Positions 44,871-54,013 of a stretch of DNA of 64,000 nucleotides are shown here, in pieces. The DNA is taken from positions 64,001 through 128,000 of the forward strand of contig CAVYYZ010000009.1 of assembly GCA_963772835.1 (NCBI GenBank). Direction: 5' to 3'. Made by a program: the position numbers and the translations under genes. Every line of letters starts with the position of its first letter. Within the stretch, counting starts at the first letter, position 1. The DNA is from an uncultured delta proteobacterium. Lineage in GTDB: Bacteria > Desulfobacterota > Desulfuromonadia > Geobacterales > Pseudopelobacteraceae. The notes below the pieces were generated by a model. It searched no databases and was not told where the DNA came from. It saw only the letters and a program-made list of their open reading frames with translations.

Positions 44871-45239
44871 ATGCGCGAAACTCTCATGCGATTTTGGTCA
44901 CGTACTTTCACATCTGAAGAATCTTCTGAAAACAAAGGATGCCTCTGTTGCGGCCGTTGTTGTGAATCATTTGGCGGTCACCTGCACGCTTCAAAACGGG
45001 ATCTGGCACGATGGCAACGGGAGGGACGGGATGATCTTCTTAGTCGGGTCAACCGCCTGGACTGGATATGGGTTGACGCTCAAACCAAGGAACTTCTTGA
45101 TCGGTGCCCGTTCATCGAAAAGATAAATGAACAACAGTCTGTATGCGGTATTCAGGAGACCAAGCCGGATATCTGCCGCGACTATCCCACACTGGCCCAT
45201 GGCCGCCACTGCTTGAGCGGTGTTTTTTTGAAAGGGTGA
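44871..45239 (+). CDS. YkgJ-like CxxCxxCC cysteine-cluster protein
   Basis: CLCCGRCC, CPF, CGIQETKPDICRDYP; AAGGAGG RBS. Confidence 0.85.
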   Translation: MRETLMRFWSRTFTSEESSENKGCLCCGRCCESFGGHLHASKRDLARWQREGRDDLLSRVNRLDWIWVDAQTKELLDRCPFIEKINEQQSVCGIQETKPDICRDYPTLAHGRHCLSGVFLKG

Positions 45240-45514
45240 TTTGTAATAAAAGGCTTCAGCATGGAACAGCCGCTCCGGGACTGAGTCCATTTTCAATCTT
45301 AATCCGGTCAGCAATCCAATACTGTTTACAGCATGATTGCCTCCTGATTTGCCCGACGTGCCCTGCTGTCTGTGACCGCTTTGCAGCGGATATTCCGCAG
45401 CGTGCCGCTGGCCGGGCACGAATGTGTGCAAACATGCCCGAATCCGGCACTGTGCTGATTGCGATAAAGCGGGACAAGTTACTGCGGAAACGGTTTGGCA
45501 ACTGGTCATGTAAT

Positions 45515-45544
45515 TTGAAACAGATCACATTTAAATGGTATACA
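45515..45544 (+). promoter_or_regulatory. Sigma70-like promoter of leader ORF copy 2
   Basis: TTGAAA-N18-TATACA with TG upstream of the -10. Confidence 0.55.
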
Positions 45545-45623
45545 AGGCACATGGTGGCTTAGTCGTGATCGCATCCTTGGTGTGATCATGCCGTAGCTGT
45601 TCCACATAAGGACTATCCCGAAC

Positions 45624-45977
45624 ATGGAATTTCTCACTGGTAACGACATGCAGCATCGAAACGGCTTAGGGCGCCATCCTTCCCTGCTCGTTTGTTTGCA
45701 GAGGAGGTATGTGTCCCAACTGTTGATTGCTCTCCTGCTTCTCCTTACACCACTCACCGTTTCAAATGACAAAATTCCCAATTTTGAGCCTGAATGCGAA
45801 ATCAGTTCGCATATGTTCATAAAGCGGGGCACTGTTTGTGTCAGGCGGAGCCTCTCTCCTTCAATTGTTCATCAAAAACAGGCACAAGCATCGCTACATT
45901 TTTCATTCCCCGCTTCCAACATTCCTCCAGTTGAAGAAATCGCCTTCGTCTCTCCCAGTCGGGCTCCCCCATCCTGA
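45624..45977 (+). CDS. Leader ORF with hydrophobic segment and C-terminal RAPP (candidate translation-arrest peptide), copy 2, 117 aa
   Basis: TAAGGA upstream; paralog of 44437..44793; ends PSRAPPS-stop. Confidence 0.75.
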   Translation: MEFLTGNDMQHRNGLGRHPSLLVCLQRRYVSQLLIALLLLLTPLTVSNDKIPNFEPECEISSHMFIKRGTVCVRRSLSPSIVHQKQAQASLHFSFPASNIPPVEEIAFVSPSRAPPS

Positions 45978-46205
45978 TATCCTCCACATTCCCGCCCGGT
46001 TACATAACGATCAATGAACTGCAAAGACGCGATAAACGCTTAGAAAATATGTATCTTTTTCTGAAATATTCTTACTCTTAAGACGTTGACCAGAAGTTAT
46101 ATAACCCATTATTCCCTCTGTGAACTTCGCCTACAAGCGCCTGTTTTTAGCGGCGCTTGAAGGAGTAACTGCTTTTTCCTGATTAAAATTGAAAGGGACC
46201 TCTTC

Positions 46206-47612
46206 ATGAAAATAATTTTGCTTCAGATTGTGTTTGTACTGCTGGCGGCACTGCCGGCACTTGCTTCCGGTGGCGGCGATATTGTTGATCTGACCCGTAG
46301 CGCTCTGGGAATCTTTGCTCTGGTGCTGTTTGTTGCCGCTTATGTCCTGGTAATATTTGAAGAGCAGCTACACCTGAGAAAAAGCAAGCCGGTGATCGTT
46401 GCGGCGGGTGTCATCTGGGTGCTGGTTGCTCTCGCGTACCAGGCGTTAGGCAAACCCGATCATGCCCACGCCGCAATTCTCGGCAACCTGACCGAATATG
46501 CCGAACTGTTCCTGTTTCTTCTGGCGGCCATGACCTACATTAATGCACTTGAGGAGCGCAATGTTTTTCGAGCACTGCGTTCCTGGCTGGTCAACAAGGG
46601 CTTCACCCTTCGAACCGTTTTCTGGATGACCGGTTTGCTGGCATTTTTCATCTCTCCAGTGGCGGACAATCTTACTACTGCACTGCTGATGGGAGCCGTA
46701 GCCATGGCAGTGGGGGGAAACAATAAAAAATTTGTGGTAGTTGCCTGCATAAATATTGTGGTTGCCGCCAATGCCGGCGGCGCCTTCTCTCCCTTTGGAG
46801 ACATCACCACCCTGATGGTCTGGCAGAAAGGCAAGGTGAGCTTTTTTGAATTCTTCGCAATATTCATTCCGTCGGTTATTAACTGGATTATTCCTGCATT
46901 CTTCATGAGCATGACTGTATCCAGGGAAAAACCTGAAATACACGATGATACGGTGCAGATGAAGGTGGGGGCCAAACGGATCATGGCTCTGTTTCTGCTG
47001 ACAATCGTCACCGCCGTCTCATTCCACAACTTCCTGCGCCTGCCGCCGGCGGTAGGAATGATGATGGGACTGGGTTATCTATCGTTTTTTGCCTACTACC
47101 TGAAAAGGCTTGAACACCGCCTTATGAGCGGCGACAATCCGCTGGATGTAACCGGTCACAACCATGCTGCCTTCGATCTGTTCCGAAAAATCGCCAAGGC
47201 CGAGTGGGACACCCTGCTGTTCTTCTACGGGGTAATCCTCTGTGTGGGCGGATTGGGCCAGTTCGGCTACCTCGCCGGTGCATCAAGGTTCATGTACGAC
47301 GGTCTGGGGCACACGACGGCAAACGTGCTGGTCGGAATTCTTTCAGCCATTATTGATAATATACCTGTCATGTTTGCAGTTCTGACCATGGATCCCCAGA
47401 TGTCTCACGGCCAGTGGCTGCTGGTGACCCTTACCGCCGGGGTCGGGGGAAGCCTGCTTTCCATCGGTTCCGCTGCCGGGGTTGCATTGATGGGATCGGC
47501 TCGCGGTGTCTACACATTTGGTGCACATCTGAAATGGACCTGGGCAATTTCTATTGGGTATGCCGCCAGTATTGTTGCACACCTGTACCTGAATTCAAGG
47601 TATTTTCAATGA
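46206..47612 (+). CDS. nhaD: Na+/H+ antiporter NhaD
   Basis: EEQLHLRKSKP, FFISPVADNLTTAL, ANAGGAFSPFGDITTLMVWQ, SAIIDNIP, GGSLLSIGSAAGVALMG. Confidence 0.93.
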   Translation: MKIILLQIVFVLLAALPALASGGGDIVDLTRSALGIFALVLFVAAYVLVIFEEQLHLRKSKPVIVAAGVIWVLVALAYQALGKPDHAHAAILGNLTEYAELFLFLLAAMTYINALEERNVFRALRSWLVNKGFTLRTVFWMTGLLAFFISPVADNLTTALLMGAVAMAVGGNNKKFVVVACINIVVAANAGGAFSPFGDITTLMVWQKGKVSFFEFFAIFIPSVINWIIPAFFMSMTVSREKPEIHDDTVQMKVGAKRIMALFLLTIVTAVSFHNFLRLPPAVGMMMGLGYLSFFAYYLKRLEHRLMSGDNPLDVTGHNHAAFDLFRKIAKAEWDTLLFFYGVILCVGGLGQFGYLAGASRFMYDGLGHTTANVLVGILSAIIDNIPVMFAVLTMDPQMSHGQWLLVTLTAGVGGSLLSIGSAAGVALMGSARGVYTFGAHLKWTWAISIGYAASIVAHLYLNSRYFQ

Positions 47613-47994
47613 AGCAAAATGAGTTGAATAAAATTTGGCAACAAAAAATGGAGTAAAAAACGAACGGGAATGATGCTGACAAGGCAAAAGACGCTATCGA
47701 GGCAATGATGAATAACGTCCCGGCACGTTAGATGGTTATTGCGGGCACTATCGTATTAATTCTGGTTTTCTTTCGGCCTTGAGTACAGGTCGGGCCAGGA
47801 TAGAGAGGGAACTCGACAGGATACAGATTGTGGCAGAGCAGAAACCGAATCTCTTCGATTGCAGAGGGCAAATATTTCAACGGAACTGATAGAGTTACAG
47901 AAAATTCAAGCACATATGAAAGCAATCGAAAATTGGACGGCATACTCCCCCGGGTGACAGGCGGCGGATCGATCCCACTGATTGGGCTGGGTGA

Positions 47995-48250
47995 TATCCC
48001 CCCCAAATAAAGCCATAACTTGACGCTCTAAAGTCGGCTATGGCAATATAACTCCGACAATCCCGCTGGGAAAAATCGTGGTTACCCTGTTAATGGTGGT
48101 TGGGCATGGTATAATTACTGGTCCAATCGTATTGTCACCACTGAGATGGTGAGGTTGAATATGCCGCAGAAGGAGGGGAGATGCCCCCTACTGTGGCCGC
48201 CACTGCGCTGCTGGTGGTTGGACCGGACAAGCGGCTGCGGAGAAGGAGTA
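47995..48250 (+). pseudogene. Remnant of a K+ channel (ion transporter) pore and C-terminus
   Basis: From 48033 the sequence reads VGYGNITPTIPLGKIVVTLLMVVGHGIITGP, then after a frameshift IVTTEMVR; an in-frame stop lies just upstream and there is no start. Confidence 0.7.
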
Positions 48251-48256
48251 GAATCC

Positions 48257-49693
48257 ATGTCTGATCTTAATGCACTGTTTCTGAAAGTCGGCAGCCATTG
48301 TCGGCGCGAAGTAATTACCTGTGCTGCATCTGACCGGTTGACAGCTGCCGCAGCGACCATGCAGCGCCTGAATATTTCCAGCATAGTGGTTTGTGTGGCA
48401 GGAAATCCGGTCGGCATTCTGACTGATCGCGACCTGCGCAACAAGGTGGTGGCTCGGGGGATTGATCCTGGAACCTTGACCGTAGCAAATGTCATGAATA
48501 GCCCCCTGATAACGATCTCAGAAGATGAGTATCTTTTCGAGGCACTTCATCGGATTTCCCACCAGCACATTCATCGGCTGGTGGTGACAGGTTCGGGCGG
48601 AGAGCTTGCGGGGATCATCACCGATTCGGATATTCTCCGTGTTCAGACACAATCTCCGCAACTGCTGTTGCGGGAGATCGAGGAAGCACTGACCTTGGAG
48701 GATCTGAAAGGGCTCCACTTGCGGGTACAGGGTTTGGTCCGGCACCTGATCGGCACCGGTGTCCATATCAGGGATATGGTGCGTCTGATCGCCCACCTGA
48801 ACGACCGGGTTGTAATCCGCCTTGTTGATCTGTTGCGAGCCGGCCGCTTTGCCGGGCTGACAGAACAGTGTGCCTTTCTTGTTCTGGGGAGCGAAGGGCG
48901 TAGTGAACAGACTCTGACTACCGACCAGGACAATGCGCTGGTGTATGCCGATGGCCTTGCAGCTTCGGACGTACGACAGTTAGAGGAATTCAGCAGAGTC
49001 ATAATCGACAGCTTGATTGAGATCGGCGTTCCTGCTTGTCCCGGCGGTACTATGGCAAAAAACGCGCAGTGGCGCCGGACACTTGACGAGTGGAAATCCG
49101 AACTCGACCGATGGTTCAGCACACCGACGTCGGAGTATATCATAAATATCAGTATGTTCTCCGATTTGCGTATGTTGAGAGGTGACCACTCTTTGGAACG
49201 GGAATTGAAGGTTCATATCACAGGGCGTCTGCAGAGGAATGATCTCTATCTTGGCCATATGGTCGCCAACCTGCTTCGCTTTGGCGTGCCGCTGGGGTGG
49301 TTCGGGAGAATCAAAACCGAAAAAGGCGCGCATGCCGGGCGGATCGATCTCAAAAAAGCGGGTATTTTTGCCATTACCGAGGGGGTTAAGATACTCGCGC
49401 TGGGTCACGGGGTGCAGGAGACCGGTACGGCGCAAAGGATTGAGCAATTGACAGAGCAGAGCATATTCACGAAAAAAGAGGCTGACGACCTTACGGCCAG
49501 CTTTTACGCACTGGTACATTTTCGTCTGCGCAGCCAGGTTGACGCCATCAGTTCCGGGCGGCAGCCGGATAATCGCATCACCCTGACCGCGTTGAATCGC
49601 ATGGAACAGGAACGGCTGAAGGCGGCACTGGAGGGGGTGCGCTCATTCCAGGAGAATATGGGGCGGCGCTACCGGCTTGGGCAAACGATGTAG
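48257..49693 (+). CDS. CBS-pair + DUF294 putative nucleotidyltransferase
   Basis: GILTDRDLRNKV, GIITDSDI, LGSEGRSEQTLTTDQDNAL, CPGGTMAKN, IDLKKAG; AAGGAG RBS. Confidence 0.88.
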   Translation: MSDLNALFLKVGSHCRREVITCAASDRLTAAAATMQRLNISSIVVCVAGNPVGILTDRDLRNKVVARGIDPGTLTVANVMNSPLITISEDEYLFEALHRISHQHIHRLVVTGSGGELAGIITDSDILRVQTQSPQLLLREIEEALTLEDLKGLHLRVQGLVRHLIGTGVHIRDMVRLIAHLNDRVVIRLVDLLRAGRFAGLTEQCAFLVLGSEGRSEQTLTTDQDNALVYADGLAASDVRQLEEFSRVIIDSLIEIGVPACPGGTMAKNAQWRRTLDEWKSELDRWFSTPTSEYIINISMFSDLRMLRGDHSLERELKVHITGRLQRNDLYLGHMVANLLRFGVPLGWFGRIKTEKGAHAGRIDLKKAGIFAITEGVKILALGHGVQETGTAQRIEQLTEQSIFTKKEADDLTASFYALVHFRLRSQVDAISSGRQPDNRITLTALNRMEQERLKAALEGVRSFQENMGRRYRLGQTM

Positions 49694-49728
49694 GTGTGCC
49701 ATCATGGCGTCATCAGGAAGGTACTTAA

Positions 49729-51732
49729 ATGGAATACGGACTGTTAAAAGACATAGTACTCCTGCTCGGTCTGGCGCTGTTTACTTTGCTCCTGTTCCGG
49801 CAGTTCAAACTGCCTTCGATCATCGGCTTTCTTGCTACCGGTATCATCGCCGGTCCGCATGCCCTCGGTCTGGTTAAAAATATTTCTGAAGTTGAGCAGA
49901 TGGCGGAAATCGGTGTCGTGCTGCTGCTCTTTACCATCGGGATTGAATTCTCCCTGAAAGAGCTGCTGAGAATCCGCGATCTGGTGTTGTGGGGCGGCGG
50001 TTTGCAAGTAGCGCTTACCATTGGCCTTGTCGCGCTGGTGTCCTATCTGGCAGGCTTCACACCGGCAGAGTCCGTTTTTTTCGGTTTTCTGGTGTCTCTC
50101 TCCAGCACCGCCATACTAATGAAACTCCTTATGGATGCCGGCGAGATGGATACGCCTCACGGGAAGGCAGCCCTCGGCATACTTATCTTCCAGGATCTGT
50201 GCGTCGTTCCGCTGATGCTTTTTGTTCCGTTCCTTGGGGGAGCGGGTAACGGCATTGTTGATGTGCTGCTGATTTCTGCCAAAGCTGTCGTGGTGGTGGT
50301 GGTCGCCCATTTCGGCTCACGTTTTGCCATACCGTGGATATTCAGTCAGGTTGTACGTACCAGAAGCAGAGAATTGTTCATACTCACCATAATATTTGTT
50401 GGTTTCGGTACCGCCTGGCTCACCGCCCAGGTCGGACTTTCTCTTGCGTTAGGCGCATTTATCGCCGGTCTGGCCATTTCAGAATCGGAATACAGCCATC
50501 AGGTCATGGGCGACATCATTCCCTTCAGAGACGCATTTATCAGCCTCTTCTTCATCTCCGTAGGAATGCTCCTTAATCCTGCCTTCGTGCTGTCCAATCC
50601 TCTTGTTATTCTCGCTGTTGTGGCGATTATCATTGTCGTCAAATTCGTGGTTGTGGCAGGGGCCATTCTGATATTGCGATTTCCGGCGCGGGTGGCGCTG
50701 ACCAGCGGCCTCATCCTGGCGCAGGTGGGCGAATTTGCTTTTGTACTGTCCCATTCCGGCCTGAAATATGGTCTTTTGACAGCAACCACCTATCAGATAT
50801 TTCTGGCATCATCAGTCGCCACGATGGCACTGACGCCGCTCTACCTGAAACTGGCACTTCCCTTTGCCGAAAGAGCTGCTTCAATCCTTCCCCGTCTACT
50901 TCCGGCATTCCTTTTCGTAGAGACCAGAACCACCGGCATGAGCCGTGCCCGCTTTCCGATGGAAGGCCATGTCATTGTAATCGGGTACGGTGTCAACGGG
51001 AAAAATGTGGCGAAGGTACTCACAAGTAATGGCATACCATACCTTGCCATCGAGGCGAATCATCTGACGGTCAGAAGCGAGAGAAAGAAGGGGATAAGCA
51101 TAATTTTCGGGGATGCATGCCGGCAGGAAATTCTGGAACATGCCCATATTCACAAGGCCCGAATCATGGTTGTAGCCATCTCGGATGCGGCAGCGACAAG
51201 ACGCGTTGTCTCCCAGGCACGGAGCTTGAACGGGAATATTCATCTTATCGTAAGAACCCGTTATATATCGGAAATGGAACCATTATACGCTCTGGGAGCA
51301 CATGAAGTCATTCCCGAGGAGTTTGAAACATCAATCGAAATTTTTTCACGGGTGCTGAGAAATTATCTGGTTCCCCATGACCGGATAGAGGAGTCCATCG
51401 GGGAGATCCGAAAGGATTCATATCAGATGTTCCGTTCCATGAGCAGGCGCAACAGTCATGCCGTCGGAATATCAAGCTACCTTGCCGGCTCCGAACTGAT
51501 GACCTGCAGGGTGCAAAAGGGTTCCGCCGCCGATGGCTCAGTGCTCCGTGATGGACTCGTACGGGGACGGTCGGGCGCTATCATACTGGTGATAAAACGG
51601 GGCGAGGTAGTAGTATCAAATCCGGATCCCGTATGGGAATTGCATCCGGAAGATATCGTACTGCTTCTCGGAAACTCCCAGCAGCTTTCCGTTGCGTCTG
51701 CCCTGTTCGGTTCTCTCGCTTCCAGTAGTTAG
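49729..51732 (+). CDS. CPA2 monovalent cation:proton antiporter (KefB/KefC-like) with TrkA-N and TrkA-C domains
   Basis: AEIGVVLLLFTIGIEFS, LIFQD, AQVGEFAFV, VIGYGVNG, FGDA, VIPEEFE. Confidence 0.9.
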   Translation: MEYGLLKDIVLLLGLALFTLLLFRQFKLPSIIGFLATGIIAGPHALGLVKNISEVEQMAEIGVVLLLFTIGIEFSLKELLRIRDLVLWGGGLQVALTIGLVALVSYLAGFTPAESVFFGFLVSLSSTAILMKLLMDAGEMDTPHGKAALGILIFQDLCVVPLMLFVPFLGGAGNGIVDVLLISAKAVVVVVVAHFGSRFAIPWIFSQVVRTRSRELFILTIIFVGFGTAWLTAQVGLSLALGAFIAGLAISESEYSHQVMGDIIPFRDAFISLFFISVGMLLNPAFVLSNPLVILAVVAIIIVVKFVVVAGAILILRFPARVALTSGLILAQVGEFAFVLSHSGLKYGLLTATTYQIFLASSVATMALTPLYLKLALPFAERAASILPRLLPAFLFVETRTTGMSRARFPMEGHVIVIGYGVNGKNVAKVLTSNGIPYLAIEANHLTVRSERKKGISIIFGDACRQEILEHAHIHKARIMVVAISDAAATRRVVSQARSLNGNIHLIVRTRYISEMEPLYALGAHEVIPEEFETSIEIFSRVLRNYLVPHDRIEESIGEIRKDSYQMFRSMSRRNSHAVGISSYLAGSELMTCRVQKGSAADGSVLRDGLVRGRSGAIILVIKRGEVVVSNPDPVWELHPEDIVLLLGNSQQLSVASALFGSLASSS

Positions 51733-51885
51733 AACCATCCCCGTAATACATACACCGAGCAGGTATGCTCCGGCATGCGTAAAATTTATCCATGGCAAAC
51801 CCTCTCTCATGAAGTTTAAATTACCAAAATTCCCGTATTTCTGCTAAAACGGCAAATATTCTATGATGAAGAGGGCTTTAAAACG

Positions 51886-53100
51886 ATGACGGAAGTATCG
51901 TATGCATTCATGCTGGCAGGGGCGGTTATCCTGACAGGGTTTTTCGGAAATCTGTTTTTCGAAAAGACCAAAATCCCGGACGTTATTGTCCTGCTTGCAA
52001 TCGGCATTGTGCTTGGTCCGGTAAGCGGGCTGGTCAGTCCGGAGCGGCTGCAACATCTTGCAGAATACGTCGGTTCCCTGGCGCTGCTGGTTATACTGTT
52101 CGAAGGGGGGATGGATCTGGACCTGGACAAACTGATCAGTGAATTTGGGTCGGCAGCTTTCCTGGTCCTGCTTACGTTCATCCTTACTGCGGGCAGCATC
52201 GGTGCATATCTGCATCATATTCTTGGCTGGGAAATTCTGCAAAGCCTGATGTTGGGTGCGATTCTCGGCTGCACCAGTGCGGCGATTGTCATACCGATCG
52301 TCAATCGCCTCAACGTTTCTGAGGAGATAAAAACCACCCTCTCTGTTGAATCGGCACTCAGTGATGTACTGGCGGTTGTCATAACCATTTCACTGATTGA
52401 TGCCATCCATATCGGCCAGCAGGATCCTACAGCACCTTTCAAAGCTGTGGTAGGTTCTTTTTCAACGGCAATCCTTATCGGCTTTTTAGTCGGATTGATA
52501 TGGATGAAAGTACTCGACATGATGCGCGGCAAAAAACTGGCGTATATGCTGACACTGGCGGCGATACTCATAGCCTTTGGTGGCGTCACGATACTCGGAG
52601 GGAGCGGATCTATCGCGGTATTGGTGATCGGCCTCGTGCTGGGAAACTCCGATTCCTTCACAAAGTTTCTGAAAATAAAAAAACCGTTGCAGGTAGATCA
52701 GAGCATTCGCTTTCTCCATGAGGAAATAAGCTTTTTCATACGGACGTTCTTCTTTGTCTACCTCGGCATGATGTTCTCTTTCAAGAAAGTGAATGCTGAA
52801 TTCATGACGTTGTGCGGCGTTATGGTGCTGATTATTATTCTGCTGCGAATAATATGTACTGAGATAACTATTCGGGTGTATCCGGATAAAAAGCAGGATA
52901 GCTTTCTGATTAAGTTGATGATGCCCCGCGGCCTAGCTTCTGCAGTTTTGGCAACGCTGCCGGTCGCCGCAGGGGTTGCAGGAACAGAGGACCTTGTCAC
53001 CATCACGTTCGGTGTAATTATTGCCACCAATGTCCTCCTCACTATCGGCATGTTCTTCGTCGGGGCGGGAAATGGCAATACTAAAGAGGAGCCGGAGTGA
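51886..53100 (+). CDS. CPA1 cation:proton antiporter (NhaP2-like)
   Basis: ILFEGGMDL, LSVESALSD, FFIRTFFFVYLG, MMPRGLASAVLA. Confidence 0.88.
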   Translation: MTEVSYAFMLAGAVILTGFFGNLFFEKTKIPDVIVLLAIGIVLGPVSGLVSPERLQHLAEYVGSLALLVILFEGGMDLDLDKLISEFGSAAFLVLLTFILTAGSIGAYLHHILGWEILQSLMLGAILGCTSAAIVIPIVNRLNVSEEIKTTLSVESALSDVLAVVITISLIDAIHIGQQDPTAPFKAVVGSFSTAILIGFLVGLIWMKVLDMMRGKKLAYMLTLAAILIAFGGVTILGGSGSIAVLVIGLVLGNSDSFTKFLKIKKPLQVDQSIRFLHEEISFFIRTFFFVYLGMMFSFKKVNAEFMTLCGVMVLIIILLRIICTEITIRVYPDKKQDSFLIKLMMPRGLASAVLATLPVAAGVAGTEDLVTITFGVIIATNVLLTIGMFFVGAGNGNTKEEPE

Positions 53101-53930
53101 TGATGATGCGGCTCATTTTTTACTCCTCAATGCTGATAACCGTTCTGATCGGCTATTTCGATTATATGACCGGCGCGCATATTTCGATGATGCTGCTTTT
53201 CTCTATTCCAATCCTCATTTCAGCCTGGTTCTGCGGTAAAAAGGAGGGCATCATTGTCGCTATTACAGCGGCTATCTGTTGGTTTATTGTAAATGCTATA
53301 CTCAAAGGGCCGGGAGTAAGTGAAGCGATCTTCTCCTGGAACGTTCTTACCCGCCTGGGGATCTTCTGCCTGATCGCCTACTCAGTGTCATTACAGGCCC
53401 AGCTGCGCCGGGCCCTGGAGCGTGAGCGCTTGAGGGCCGATACCGATCGATTGACCGGATTACTCAACAAGGGCGCTTTTCGTGAACGCGTGGAGGAGGA
53501 GTTACACCGGGCACGCCGTTACCATCACCCTCTCACACTGGCATTTATCGACCTTGACAACTTCAAGCAGGTTAACGACACGGAGGGGCATGCCCGTGGC
53601 GACAGGCTGTTAAAACTTGTCAGTGAGACCATCATGTCAACAATTCGGGAAACAGATGTCTCCGGCCGTATCGGTGGAGATGAATTTACCATCTGTTATC
53701 CTGAAACCGATGGGGAACAGGCCCGTAACGCCATTGCAAAACTGGTTACGTCACTTGATAGCATGACCAGCCAATACGGGTGGCAGGTGACCGCCAGTAT
53801 TGGTGTTGTCACCTGCATGGAGATTTGTGACAGTTATGATGCCCTGCTGGGAAAGGCCGACAAGCTTATGTACGTTGCCAAGGAGAAGGGAAAGAATGCG
53901 GCGGAGTTCATGACACTGGGTAAAGAATAG
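53097..53930 (+). CDS. Membrane-anchored diguanylate cyclase
   Basis: N-terminal TMs; DRLTGLLN, DLDNFKQVND, RIGGDEF, ADKLMYVAK. Confidence 0.9.
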   Translation: MMMMRLIFYSSMLITVLIGYFDYMTGAHISMMLLFSIPILISAWFCGKKEGIIVAITAAICWFIVNAILKGPGVSEAIFSWNVLTRLGIFCLIAYSVSLQAQLRRALERERLRADTDRLTGLLNKGAFRERVEEELHRARRYHHPLTLAFIDLDNFKQVNDTEGHARGDRLLKLVSETIMSTIRETDVSGRIGGDEFTICYPETDGEQARNAIAKLVTSLDSMTSQYGWQVTASIGVVTCMEICDSYDALLGKADKLMYVAKEKGKNAAEFMTLGKE

Positions 53931-53957
53931 CTCCCTCGGGATGCAATAATAAACAAC

Positions 53958-53990
53958 GGCTTCCGGTTCACAATTGACCGGAAGCCTTTT
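53958..53990. terminator. Rho-independent terminator between convergent genes
   Basis: GGCTTCCGGT / ACCGGAAGCC 10-bp stem followed by TTTT. Confidence 0.75.
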
Positions 53991-54013
53991 ATATATGCCA
54001 AATGGCATCTTCC

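Noticed and set aside
45240..46205. Known riboswitch (c-di-GMP-I, fluoride, Na+ or nhaA motifs) upstream of nhaD
   Set aside because: I could not match a consensus by eye. An Infernal/Rfam scan would be needed to exclude it.
47728..48006. Minus-strand 92-aa ORF as a degenerate third RAPP leader (PSAIEEIRF versus PPVEEIAF)
   Set aside because: Similarity is too short, and there is no hydrophobic segment, no RAPP and no downstream co-oriented gene.
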